From Lama glama (taxonomy: Eukaryota), in NCBI GenBank assembly GCA_028534125.1, contig CM052834.1, positions 2,480,001 through 2,544,000 on the forward strand: a DNA stretch of 64,000 nt. Direction: 5' to 3'. Position numbers and translations under genes: made by a program. Below are positions 1 to 10,690 of this stretch, one piece after another. Position 1 is the stretch's first letter, and each line of letters starts with the position of its first letter. Below the pieces are notes generated by a model, which saw only the letters and a program-made list of their open reading frames with translations, made no database searches and had not been told where the DNA came from.

Positions 1-124
1 TGCAGCCCGTGAAGGTGCTGGCTGGTTGTCGTGTGTGTGGGTGGAAGGTCTGGGGTGCAGTATGGCCCATGGATGAAGCCCCTTCCCAGCAATGCCTCTC
101 TCCCCCCGCCAGTCAGACCTTACC

Positions 125-210
125 CCCTCTACAGATGAGGAAATGGAAGTACTCATTCATTCATTCGTTCGTTCATTAATTCAAAAACTGCTTACTCTGC
201 TCCGAGAGCT
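125..210 (-). mobile_element. MIR core fragment plus L2 3' tail
   Basis: tacagatgaggaaatg (MIR core, antisense) followed by cattcattcattcgttcgttcatt...ttact (reverse complement of the L2 3' end). Confidence 0.6.
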
Positions 211-3204
211 GGAGGTCTGCAGTCCAGTTCACACAGGTGTCCGAGCTGGGCCTGTGCCTGACTTCCCGCTGGATGAATGTGTGTGCCGTGCTGTCTGCGG
301 GGACAGGGAGAGTGGGCATCCGTGGAGGATGCGAGATCAAGTGAGGGAGGGGCGGCGCCAGTGCTCAGTGCCTGTTCCTGCTGTGTCTGTCCTGTCCGGC
401 CGAGGCTGCGGGCTGGCATTTCCTCTGGCAGTGGCATGGAGGAGGGGAAGAGCAGGTGTGCCCTGGCGCCCAGCCCGACTGGGATATGGAAGTGCCCCCT
501 GGGGCTGGAGCCTGGGGGATGAGTGACACGCTGCCACCCAGACGCATCAGGCCTGATGGAGCCCAGCCACATTCTCTAAGCTCCAGGCTGGACATCTGAG
601 CTCCCGGGGTTCAGGAGGTGACCGAATCTGGCTGGTGACCCCACAGAGGGCCTCCAGGGGGAGGGAGGACAGATGGTGGTGATCTAGCAAGGGTGAGCAC
701 CCACCAGACAGGCTGAGGGCTGGGTTGCGGGGTGTCCAATTCCTGGGTCGAGCTGAGGACGTATGGTGAATGCGGGTGAGGCTCGGGGTCTGGGAGTGAG
801 GGCACAGGTCAGGGACTTGGGGGCACAGGCTGATAGTACAGCACTGGTCTTGAACACCAAGCCTGAGTATTTGTCTTAAATCCCTAGGGAGCCAGAGAAG
901 GTTTCGAGCGGGTGAGAGGGGCAGCGTGGCACCTCAGGACTCCGTCTCAGCACAGGGATGGTGGCAGCCTGTGGCAGGGTTAATTAGGAGAGGGACTGAA
1001 GATAGGGGCCTGAGGAGGTGGGGAGCCTGGGGCGGGTGGGAGGCAGAGCTGGGCCAGCAGGAGCCTCTGTTTTCAGGGTTGTGTGTGCCGTTTGCAGCCT
1101 GGGCAGGTGTTGAGCAAGTCTGAGTCTACCTCATGTGTGATTGGATTACAACAGGAATGCTCCTGGGTCAGAGCAGCTCAAGGGAGACTGTGGGAAGAAC
1201 TTTCAGGAACTCTAAGAGTTTTGGTAGCCGGACCGCAGACTAAAGCATGTGGTGGGTGAGCCTTTTCACCTCGAGTACTTTGAGATGAGAACGATGCCTC
1301 CAGGCCTGGGACAGACCAGCTGCTGCTCCGAGGCCCTCTCCGGGGTCCCCTCGCCCTGGATGGCAGCCCCTTGGGCACGGGTCAGCCGGTGGTGGGCGGA
1401 AGGGAGGTCAGTGGCGGTTGCCTCACTTAACAAAGTGGCCAGTGGAGGTTCAGAGACTCCACATGACCTCACGCTTCTGAGACCTGAGTCCGCAGACAGC
1501 CCAGTTCTACCTAACAGGGGTGTCCAGGTGCGTCTCCCCCGACTTCTCGTTCCCTTCAGCTGGGGTGGGGTGTGTGTGCAGCCTCCTTACTCCCCATGGC
1601 CTCAGGGCAGGTAGGATCGGGGGTAGTGCTCTTTCTCCGTCTCATTTATAGCATCTCCCAGTGCCACATGGGTGCTGTTCTGCCTGCAGTGGTTCCAGGC
1701 TCAGTGGAGGGAGGAGGAGAGGAGGCAGCAGCTCCTGAGTCAGCGGAAGGGTCCCAGCTGCACGGGCCGGCTCGCGGGCAGACTGGCTGCTGGGTCAGAG
1801 AGTACTGTCCTGGCTGGCAAGTGAATGCCCTCCACAGAGTGGTTCAGGGATATTGGATTTGCTGGGTCAGGAAATTCCACGGGAGCATGGCAGTAAACCT
1901 CAGCCTTCATCACACTTCCCTGTGCCTGGCGGCCTGGCCTTATCTCATCCTCCCTGAGCCACCTGCCCTCCCTGATAAGTGCTAATCACAAGCGCTTTCT
2001 TGCTCCTCTGTGTGCGCGCGCGTGAATGGCCCCGAGTGTGCCTGCCCCACACAGTGGGCAAGGGCACGTCTGTCTGTCAGCACAAGGGCCTTGCACAGCA
2101 GGCCCTCGGGGGGATCCGATAGAGATGCTCATTGGACTTGGGATGAAAGATGGGGCTTGTTTGGGACTTGCCTAGAGAAAAGGGCCTGGGAGCCCAGGGT
2201 GGGCAGCTCCCCGGGTGGGCCCCCAGCCTGCGGCCTCTGCTGCACCCACCCCGGGAACCTGCTCCAGGGGGAGGCGTGGGTGCCCTCTGGTGAGGCTCAT
2301 TCTTCTGAGGAGTGGCTGTCACCTTGCTCGAGACCCCCACAAGCCCTCCCTCTCCGTGTGTATGCTTGGCAGGGACTGGAGAACCCCTGCTCTTCGCCAC
2401 GGGCTGGGGTATAGAGATGCCCCCCGCCCCCGCCCCATGCCCCACGGGCCTACAGTCTGGGGGTGGGGACGTCGATGAACAGGCAGTTCTGTGGTAGGAC
2501 AGACTCAGGTGCTGATGCTCCAAGAAGAGGCCCTGGCCGCCTCTCCAGACCCCTCAGAGGAGGCGAGAGCAGCCGAGATGCCAGCTGGGCTGCGGAAATT
2601 AGCAGGCAGGATGCGGGAGGTTCCAAAAGCAAGTGCCAAGGCTGGGCCAGGAGGACATGGCGAGGTTCCTCTGTGGAGGTTAGCCCGGAAGGTGTCAGGG
2701 ATGGCGTCGCTGGGGCTGGGGGTGGGGGACCACTGGCCGCCAGGGCCACTTCTGGTCCAACGCCACCTCCCTTCCCAGCCCCCTTTCCGTGAGGCTTCAC
2801 TCCAGCTGCAGCGTGGACGTGTCCTCCCTGGGCGTCCCGGGCCCTCTTCTTCCTCTGGCTTTGCCCAGCTTTTCCCCAACCAGGACCCTCTTCTTCCTGC
2901 CCTGTCCTGTCCTGCCCATCTTCCAAGAAACAAATTAGGTCCCATGCTGGGGGCTCAGAAGCCAAGTCAGGCCCAGGTGAACATTCAGGTGTCCTCAGCA
3001 TGTGGATGGCATGGGGACAGATGTGGTGACAAAAGTAGGCGTGTTGGGCAGAGGAGAGGACGACCGGGACCCAGGCCAGCACCTGCCCTTAGAATCTGAG
3101 CCTGGAACACTTTGTATCGACTATGTCTCGTCTTGCATCTTTCTCTGTTCAGTCATGATTCGATGGGGACTGGGACCATACTTACTGCAATAACTATTCT
3201 TGTT

Positions 3205-3445
3205 GATAATGAGAGTAGCGTCTCAATTCACTGAACATCTTCCATGTCAGATGGGCGGCGTGCATTCCATTCACAACCTTCAGTCTCTGTTTTTCATATG
3301 CTGCTCGGGAAGTGCGTGTCATCTCCATCTCACGGCTGGGGAAACTGAGATACAGAGCCGGCAGGTGGTCACCCCAGGTTGCCCAGCACTTGGGTACTTC
3401 ACTGCAGATGGCATTTGGACACAGATCCCCCTGGTCCCAAAGCCC
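3205..3445 (-). mobile_element. MIR SINE
   Basis: catctccatctcacggctggggaaactgagatacagag...ggtcaccccaggttgcccagc resembles the antisense MIR core. Confidence 0.7.
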
Positions 3446-4877
3446 GAAGTTTGCAGGATATTGTTCTCTGTGGTCAGGTCGGGCGGTGGGTACAGACTGG
3501 GGTCACTGAGGGCCTCTGAGCATATGTTGTCCTTTCTCCCAGATCCGGGCCCAGCTGCCCCACGGTTTGGGGCACGCAGGGTGTGCTGAGTGGGGCTGGC
3601 TTTGCGATGATCCCTCCCTACCTCATCTGGTTCCTCTCAGGTCCCGAAGCCTCACTGAGAGCTCTCGGCCGGGTCAGGAGTGGGCTGGCTGGTCTGGAGC
3701 TGTGATCCGATCCTTGGAGCTGAGCTAACTGTCCACAGTATCAGCAGCGCATGCTCTGATGGGCCTGCTCACCAGTCCCTCGTAGGTGTGGACACATGGC
3801 TGAGGTCTCTTCACGGGCAGGAGTGGCCTCCACCTTTTGGGCCTTGAGATGTGAGGCAGAATGGGGGAGTCTGCACAGGTCCACCAGGGACTTGGGGCTG
3901 GATGCAAGTGCCTTCATCAAGCTGGTCACCCAGACTGGGGAGGACCTGGAAGAGCTCTGTCCTCTATCTTGTCCAGTCTCAGTCCTCTCTTTTCCCCACC
4001 TCCTGTCTTTCCTGACTCCTCTCTGCTCCATGAGTTCGTGTGTATTCTCGTCTGTCTGTTTCTCCGTCCGTCCCAGGCTAGGTCACATGCTGGGGATGTG
4101 GCTGTGAACAGGCTGACCACGTGGTCTCACACTCTGTTACCAAAGCTGGGCCCTTCCGTCCCTCACTAGGTCCCGATGCCCTCGACAGCCTGCTTCCCAG
4201 GAAAATCCCATACGCTCTGGCTCGGGTCCCACCCTCTGGTGAGTGAGCTTGGGCTCTTGAGTGGTCCAGGGGGAGAACCTAGGGCCTGGGCCTGGTGGGC
4301 TTCCCTGCTGTCCACCTGCCAACCCATTCTGAGCACCTGCCCTGACTGAGGTGGTGACCGGGATAGGGGCCGGGGCTGACACAATGATTAAGACACAGCC
4401 CCTGCCTCCTTCGAGAAGCCCCGCGGTCAGAGCAGGGGCAGGTGGGTAAACTAATTTGTCTGGACGAGGAGCTGGGGGCTGGAAGGAGGAGGATGAGCCC
4501 TTCCCCAGGGAAGAAGGTGGCGGCACCCATGGTAGACAGCCTGAGCGATTCATCTCTCTCTAATCTTCTAACGTGGATCCTCCTGCTGCAGCCAAACCCT
4601 CTTGTTTGTTTGTTTTCCTTATCAGTCTCAGAAACTAAACAAATGACAAGCAAACACAATGACCTTTAGTTCCTTTCTACCCTGACCCTTTTACCATCAT
4701 GGTCGCCCTTCGTGAACCCTGGCCAAGTCTGGTGACACGTGGCCCAGGAGCTGTTCAATTTCCACAGCCAATAGGAGACCTGCCCCTGTCCTAGACCCTC
4801 CTGCTGAGTGAATCTCCCTGCGAACATCCTGGGGTGTGGCCCCTGCTGGGGACCTCTCCATCCTTTTATCTCTCTCT

Positions 4878-5245
4878 AAAATTTATTGAGGTCATGCTGG
4901 TTTATAACATCATATAAGTTTCATGTCCATAGCATCATAGTTTGACTTCTGTGTACGCAACAGTGTGCTCACCACCAAGACTGTAGTTTCCACCCATCAT
5001 GCATTTTGCCCTCCCTGCCCTCCTCCCCCTCTGATGACCACTGCTCTGTTCTCTGCGTCCACATATTTGTTTTTACTTGGTTTGGTTTATTTGTTTAAAA
5101 TCCCACTTATGAGGGAGTTCATACGGAATTTCTTTGACTTACTTTACCTAACTGGTGCAATTCATCCACATTGTCACAAATGGCAGGGTTTTGTCTGTTT
5201 TTATGGTGAGTTGTGTTCCATTGTCCACGTGCCACATCTTTGTCC
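4878..5245 (-). mobile_element. L1 3' end fragment
   Basis: aaatttattgaggtcat...ggtttataacat...gtgctcaccacc...gaccactgctctgttctctg...tcccacttatgag. AT-rich and typical of an antisense L1 3'UTR. Confidence 0.8.
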
Positions 5246-6052
5246 ATTCATCCCTCATCCAGCCTTCTTCCCTTTGACACCGCTGGTAAACGGCTTGCTT
5301 AGCAATCAAAGCATTTTCTATTATTGCTGAAGAAGATCTCAATTTGGGAGTTTAAAAACTTGAGGCGAGGTGAATAAGACTCCTTTCTCCCATGATGGTG
5401 GCCCTTGTCACACATTCCTCTGGGTGGCGAGTGCCACTCTGTGTCACCCAAATTCTGGCTGAGCCGTGGAGATGCAGGATGCCTCAGGAGCCACACATGA
5501 TGTCAGTACAGAGACACTCAGCACACGTCCGAAAGGGGGTGTGTGCCGCCCGTCAGCATGGATTGTGTGCGGGTGGGCAAGAGACCAAAGGCTGCAGGCC
5601 TGAGAAATGCAGGGAGGGCAGAGAGCTTGGCATTCACCCTGAAGCCCACATCCCTGCCAGCTGCCAGTCAGTGGAGCTGTTGCATGTTGATTTCATGTAT
5701 TCACTTCTCTTCCTCCCCTCTGGGAATTCTGTACTACTGTACTTTTTCTGTGGTTTAAAAAAAAAAAAGGGAAAGAGAAAAGGCAGCTCTGCCTTGTTCA
5801 CATGCTCTGAGACCCTCAAGGGCAGACTATCTTCTAGCTCTTCTGAGCACGATGAGCGGTGGAGGACCAGGAGGGCAGGAGAGGTGGTGTCTCACATCAC
5901 CTGTTCTCTCTGGTGGTTCCTTTTGCAGCTGAGTCTAAGAAGTCAAGGCCACCAGAGCAGCTGATCTGGCCCCTCCACCCTGCTGCCAGGCCCAGTTCCT
6001 AGGCCCCTGATGCTGTCATCACGTCCTGACTCCTCTGGGGGTGGGCTCTGTG

Positions 6053-6165
6053 AACCCCATTTTAAAGAGGAGGAAACAGCACCTCAGAAAGGCGAACTAC
6101 CTTGCCCTGATCACACAGCTAAGAAAATGAGCTCAGAGTGAAGAACAGGCCTCCGGGCTGTCAGT
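6053..6165 (-). mobile_element. MIR SINE
   Basis: ccccattttaaagaggaggaaac...cttgccctgatcacacagctaag. Confidence 0.75.
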
Positions 6166-6624
6166 CCAGCTGGTAAATGGTCTCTCCTGCATCAGAGAAG
6201 TAACGTTGTGAGAATGAAGTGGCAGCCGTGAGCCCCTCAGGGGCTGGTCTGGCTGCAGAGCGCAGGGGGCGTTAGCCATTCCTGTCAGGTGGCCGGGGAT
6301 CCGCCAGGACCCCTGTGCCCACCCAGGGGACAGTGAGGTGCCATGGCTGTGACACATACTGGGTGTCGTGGTTGGGCTGCTATCTGGGGAGGGGGCTCAG
6401 AACAGTAGCAGCCCTGCAGGTCCCTTTAAAGAAGCTGAACGCCCGCCCCCGGGGATGCAGGCCTGCCTCTAGCTGGGGAGGTGCGAATCAAGCAGCTTGG
6501 GGCCACTGCAACACGCCTGTGATGAGGGTGTTGAAGTTCCTCTGGTTGGAATGAATGCTCCCTCGGCCGCAGCCAGTGTGATAGCTCTATGTTCCTGCCC
6601 ATGGCCTTGGTGATTAATGTCCTT

Positions 6625-6742
6625 CTGTCTTCCTGGCTAGAGCTTGTGTATCTGTAGGGCAGGGAGCAGCACACCTCATACCTGTTTCCCCAAGGGCCTG
6701 GCACGCTTGGCACAGAGCAGGTGGTGGGTAAATGTTTGGTGG
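6625..6742 (+). mobile_element. L2 3' end
   Basis: agggcaggga...ccccaagggcctggcac...tggcacagagcaggtgg...taaatgtttg. Confidence 0.65.
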
Positions 6743-7179
6743 GATCCCAGGAGGACAGTTCACACTCACATACCCGAGGGCAGGATTCGTCTATCCAGCC
6801 GTCCTGTCTAGCACCTCTTGGTGGCCAAGCATGGTGTTAGGTGCTGGGATACAGGGCCAGGGAGACACGGCGCTGCTCCAGGGGCTCTGGGCACCCTCTC
6901 ACTGGTGGCAGAAGAGAGTTGCCCCCACCCCAGTCTTCTAGTCCTCTTTATTGCCAGCTGGGCACGCAGACTTTCGCACAAGCTCGGGATACTGTTGCTG
7001 TTTCATAGTAGGATGAAGGGCTCCTCCTGGATGCTCCCAAGCTCCTAGCAAGAGCAGTCTTGGTGCTGTGCCCTGACCAGCCCTTACGTGCCAGTGCCGG
7101 TATCCCAGAGCACTCAGACATCACCCTTGGCAAGGCAGGATTCGGAGGGGCAAGGCAGGACCTGACCAGAGCCACCCAC

Positions 7180-8600
7180 TCTTCTCAGCTGGGCGGGGGT
7201 CCCAGCGAGCACCGCGTCCCGCCCGGAGCGGGGAGCGGTGGAGGGGCTCGCGCAGCTGCAGGAACCTCCGGAGCCGCGTGCGCGCGCGCGCGTGCGCGGG
7301 GGGGGCGGGGCGGGCGGCGCGGGTCGCGAGCGCCTTTCCCACACCTCGCACCTCCCCTGCGGTCCTTCTCTCTGCGCGCCCTAGCCAGACACACGTGTGC
7401 AGACGCGCGCGCGCGCGCGAGTGTGTGTGTATGTGTGTGTAGCCGGCAGACCGTGTACCCGGGTCGGACAGGCCCCGTGAGCACAGGGGGCGGCGGCCAG
7501 CTCGACCGTGGCCCCGCTTCTGTCCCTTCCAGTCCTCCCCAGCCCTTTCCTCTGGTCGCCTTGGGTCGTGGCACCTCCAGCCATTCCCCTGCCTTCCTAT
7601 CCCCTTCTATCCCCCGGAAGAGACCAGCGCCTTGCGGTGAAGGTTCTGGTTCACCCCGGCTCCAGAGCCTTTGACATTTAGCGAAGCTCGCGGCGCACTG
7701 GTGTAGGCACAAGGCAGAACGCTAATCCCATTAAAGCTGTGGTGTCATCCGGGAGGGGAGGCTGCCCCCCGCAGGCCTCGCGCTCATTGGCCGAATGCAA
7801 ACCAGAGGGCGGGGCCGAGGCCCGGGGAGGGGGCTCCGGCGGTTTCGGAGTCCGGAGTCGGGAGTCGGGCCGGGATTTAGCAGGGGGAGCCCAGCGGTTG
7901 CAGCTGCGGCGGATCCCTCGGCACTGCCCGCCGCGCGCCCGGGCAGCCCAGGGCCGGGGGCGGCTCGGCAAAGTCGCGGGACGAGAGGAGGCGGGCGCCG
8001 GCAAAGTGGCCGAGCCGGCCGGGCCGGGAGAGGTGTGCCCGGGAGCCTTGAGCCCGGCGCCCTGGTGCCTCGCGTGGAGCGGCGGTGCGCCCGGGAGGCG
8101 AGCTGAAGCTCTGGAACGAGAAATCAAGTCGCAGCCTCCCCAAAGACGCTAAGTTACGCAGCCAGCCGGTGTCCCGGGAGCGCGCTTGGAGCCGCGCGGC
8201 ATAGCCCTCCCGGGCTGGCTGGCGGGGAGCGGGGCGCCGGCCCCCGAGCGCGGGATCCGGCCGGCAGTGCGCCCCGGGACTGAGCGGGGGCGTGCAAGGC
8301 TCCTCCGATCCGCCCGCCGCCCGCGCGCGACTCGGGCGCCCCCTCGGTCCCACCCCGGGAGCGATGCCCCCCGCCCCCTGTGCCCCCCGGGAGCGACGCG
8401 AGCATGGAGAAGTCGAGTAGCGAGGATTCTTCGATCCACCGGAGTCCATCTTTGGACAGCAAGGACTCGGACTTTGCCAAGCCGTCCACCTCGGGCCGCC
8501 CGTTTGGCCGCGGCTTCACGGCCGGCGCTTTCTACGGCACCGCGGGCTCCCGCGGCCAGAGCCGCGCCGAGGCTGGCGTGAAGACTGACAAGTACAATNN
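7180..8600 (+). promoter_or_regulatory. CpG island: TATA-less promoter and 5'UTR of the + strand gene
   Basis: Very dense CpG and GC content. GC boxes (GGGGCGGGG near 7302-7315, GGGCGGGGC near 7807-7815), an inverted CCAAT (ATTGG 7786-7790) and TAATCC at 7723-7728. It overlaps the first coding exon. Confidence 0.88.
7275..7441. repeat. Alternating purine-pyrimidine tracts, (CG)n/(TG)n, in the promoter
   Basis: 7275-7298 cgcgtgcgcgcgcgcgcgtgcgcg; 7404-7419 (CG)8, followed by a gt/at-alternating tract at 7421-7441. Confidence 0.95.
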
Positions 8601-8739
8601 NNNNNNNNNNNNNNNNNNNNNNNNNNNNNNNNNNNNNNNNNNNNNNNNNNNNNNNNNNNNNNNNNNNNNNNNNNNNNNNNNNNNNNNNNNNNNNNNNNNN
8701 NNNNNNNNNNNNNNNNNNNNNNNNNNNNNNNNNNNNNNG
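8404..8739 (+). CDS. First coding exon (partial) of an unidentified large multi-exon gene; Ser-rich, probably disordered N-terminus
   Basis: ATG at 8404 is in a strong Kozak context (gcgAGCatgG) inside the CpG island. The frame MEKSSSEDSSIHRSPSLDSKDSDFAKPSTSGRPFGRGFTAGAFYGTAGSRGQSRAEAGVKTDKYN has mostly G/C-ending codons and a protein-like composition unlike the surrounding ORFs. It runs into the N-gap 8599-8738, followed immediately by a consensus donor G|GTAAGT (8739/8740). True length and phase are uncertain because of the gap. Confidence 0.8.
8599..8738. other. Assembly gap (140 N) within exon 1
   Basis: Run of N in the sequence. Confidence 0.99.
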
Positions 8740-9889
8740 GTAAGTCGTTCCGTGTCTCTGTCTCTTGCCTCCGTTCTTCCTTGCTTAAGCACAGTACCCT
8801 CTTTCTCTTCGGAGCTGCATTGCTCTGCTCTCTGCGCAACGGTAAGTGGGGTTTTTAAAAACCACCCCCAGCCCCCCTCCCCTTTCATGCATCTCTCTCT
8901 TCCTTTCTCTCTCCTCGTGGCTGAATGGAGGCTGCAACTTGCCTGTCTTCCAGGAAAAGACTTGCTCTACTCCTAGGAGGCTGCTGAAGTTTGCCACCAC
9001 CTCCTTCCCCTATAAGACAGCCTTTCTGGAAGTGCCTCCAACTGCAGAATCTGCAGAAATAGGTGTGGGGTCGGAATTTTTAACAGCTGTGACCTTGAGT
9101 TGAATTCAGGCAGAAGTGCGGATGGTTTTCTGAGTTTCTTCTCGTTTTCCTCCTGAACACAGTCTGCAGCATTTTATGGGCAGGAGATGGGGGAGTGGTA
9201 GCGGTCACACCCTCCCGCTCCTTTCAGTGAATCCCAGGAAAGGGAGGAGGAGCCCCTGAGCCAGGCTCAGGGACCCTCTTGCTGGCCTGCAGATATGCCC
9301 CCGAGTTAGGGCTCGTGTGGCGAGAGAGGGCGTGGGAGGGATGCTGCCATTGGGTGGCGGCAGCTGCTTTTGAGGGATTGCAGTGAACTGGGCGAGGAGC
9401 GAGCTGGCCATGTGCTCCCACCATGGAACTGGTCTCCGGGAGCCCCAGAGACTGGAAGGGACCAAGGGATGTCCCCATCCTTGGTGAGAGATGATGTTCT
9501 AGGGAAGGTGTCAGTGGTGAGGGGGCAGCTTGGAAGGCCGTCTCTGTGCACGTGTGTGCGTGAGCAATACTAGTTAGGCAAATTTGAAAACTTCTTAAAT
9601 TCATATCTAATTGTTCCATCATCCCAAATTCTGTCTCCGCCTTTCTTCACCAGAGCCCAGATACAGTCAGCACAGATGTTTGGCTCTGCCCCAGGGCCTG
9701 TCTCCTGCCTGCTGGAGGCTGTCAGCTAGCTGCCCACGGTCCAGGAGGAGCACTGGGGCAGGAGTCACAGTGCAGTGGGCTGGAGGTGGTGTGCTTTGAG
9801 GTCCAACACTTGTGTGGAGTGACCCACGTTAACTGACAAACTTTTGTAGGTGTGTATGGGTGGGGTGACTTTTCCCATAGAAGGGGAGA

Positions 9890-10050
9890 GCTCAGGCCTG
9901 GGTGGGAAGAAGACTGGGCTCTGGCTTTGGTTCTGTGTTGGCTTTTAGTGTGTGACCTTGGGCAAGTCACTTTATCCCTCAAGGACTGGGTTTCCCTTCC
10001 AGTCCAATGGGGGGCGGTCATGATGGTCTCCCTCATAGCCTTATCTCATT
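9890..10050 (+). mobile_element. MIR SINE
   Basis: tgtgtgaccttgggcaagtcactt...gggtttccc...aatgggg. Confidence 0.75.
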
Positions 10051-10569
10051 AGTTATGGGAAGTCCTGCGTCCTTGCCTTCTCTCTGGGGAGGGAGCCCCC
10101 TCCCCTTCTCTTCCGAGGAGCCTGGTCTGAAATCTTTGGGGTTGCATTTCCCCAGATGTCTCCATGGTCAGGGCCCTCCGTCGCTGCTGTTACGATGTTG
10201 CCTGTCCTGTGGCGAGGGTTCTGTGGAGACTGGGGCAGAACTGTTGGAACGTCAGGAATGATCCTGTGGCTGCCTTTGGGCAAGTGCTTCTGGTCCTCTG
10301 GCCCGTTTGCCACCATCAGTGTCAGCCCAGCACTGGTGTCTATTTCTCTGGTGCCAGCAGATTTACATGAATGCTGCCCGTTTATTCCACACAGCTTTCC
10401 TCTCTGTCCTTGTTCATAGTCTCCAGCTACCTTTTGACCTTTCTGCCTTGCCCTACTCTTGCTAGAAAGACCCTCCTGGGATGCTCAGTGCACCGGCCAG
10501 TACCTCCCACTCAGGCGCTCTCCTCCCCACCCCCACCCCGCCACCTGCTGGCCATAGTAGGTATAACTG

Positions 10570-10690
10570 GCTGTCTCCTCTCCTCCAGGATGGTCCCAGC
10601 TTAGTTCAAGGACCTCCCCACTCACTAGCACCCTTGTGTCCTGTTCGTAGAAGGCGCTGGTTGCGTTTGTGAGTGAATGAATGGATGGCC
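10570..10690 (+). mobile_element. L2 3' end
   Basis: gtagaaggcgct...gtttgtgagtgaatgaatggatgg tail. Confidence 0.55.

Noticed and set aside
8404-8739. Assigning a gene symbol
   Set aside because: I do not recognise the peptide with confidence, and no downstream domain-coding exon is visible in the window. A BLAST search is needed.
8380-8976. ORF-track call of a 198-aa single-exon protein
   Set aside because: It starts at a GTG upstream of the Kozak ATG (8404), is read through Ns, and continues past the GTAAGT donors into intron.
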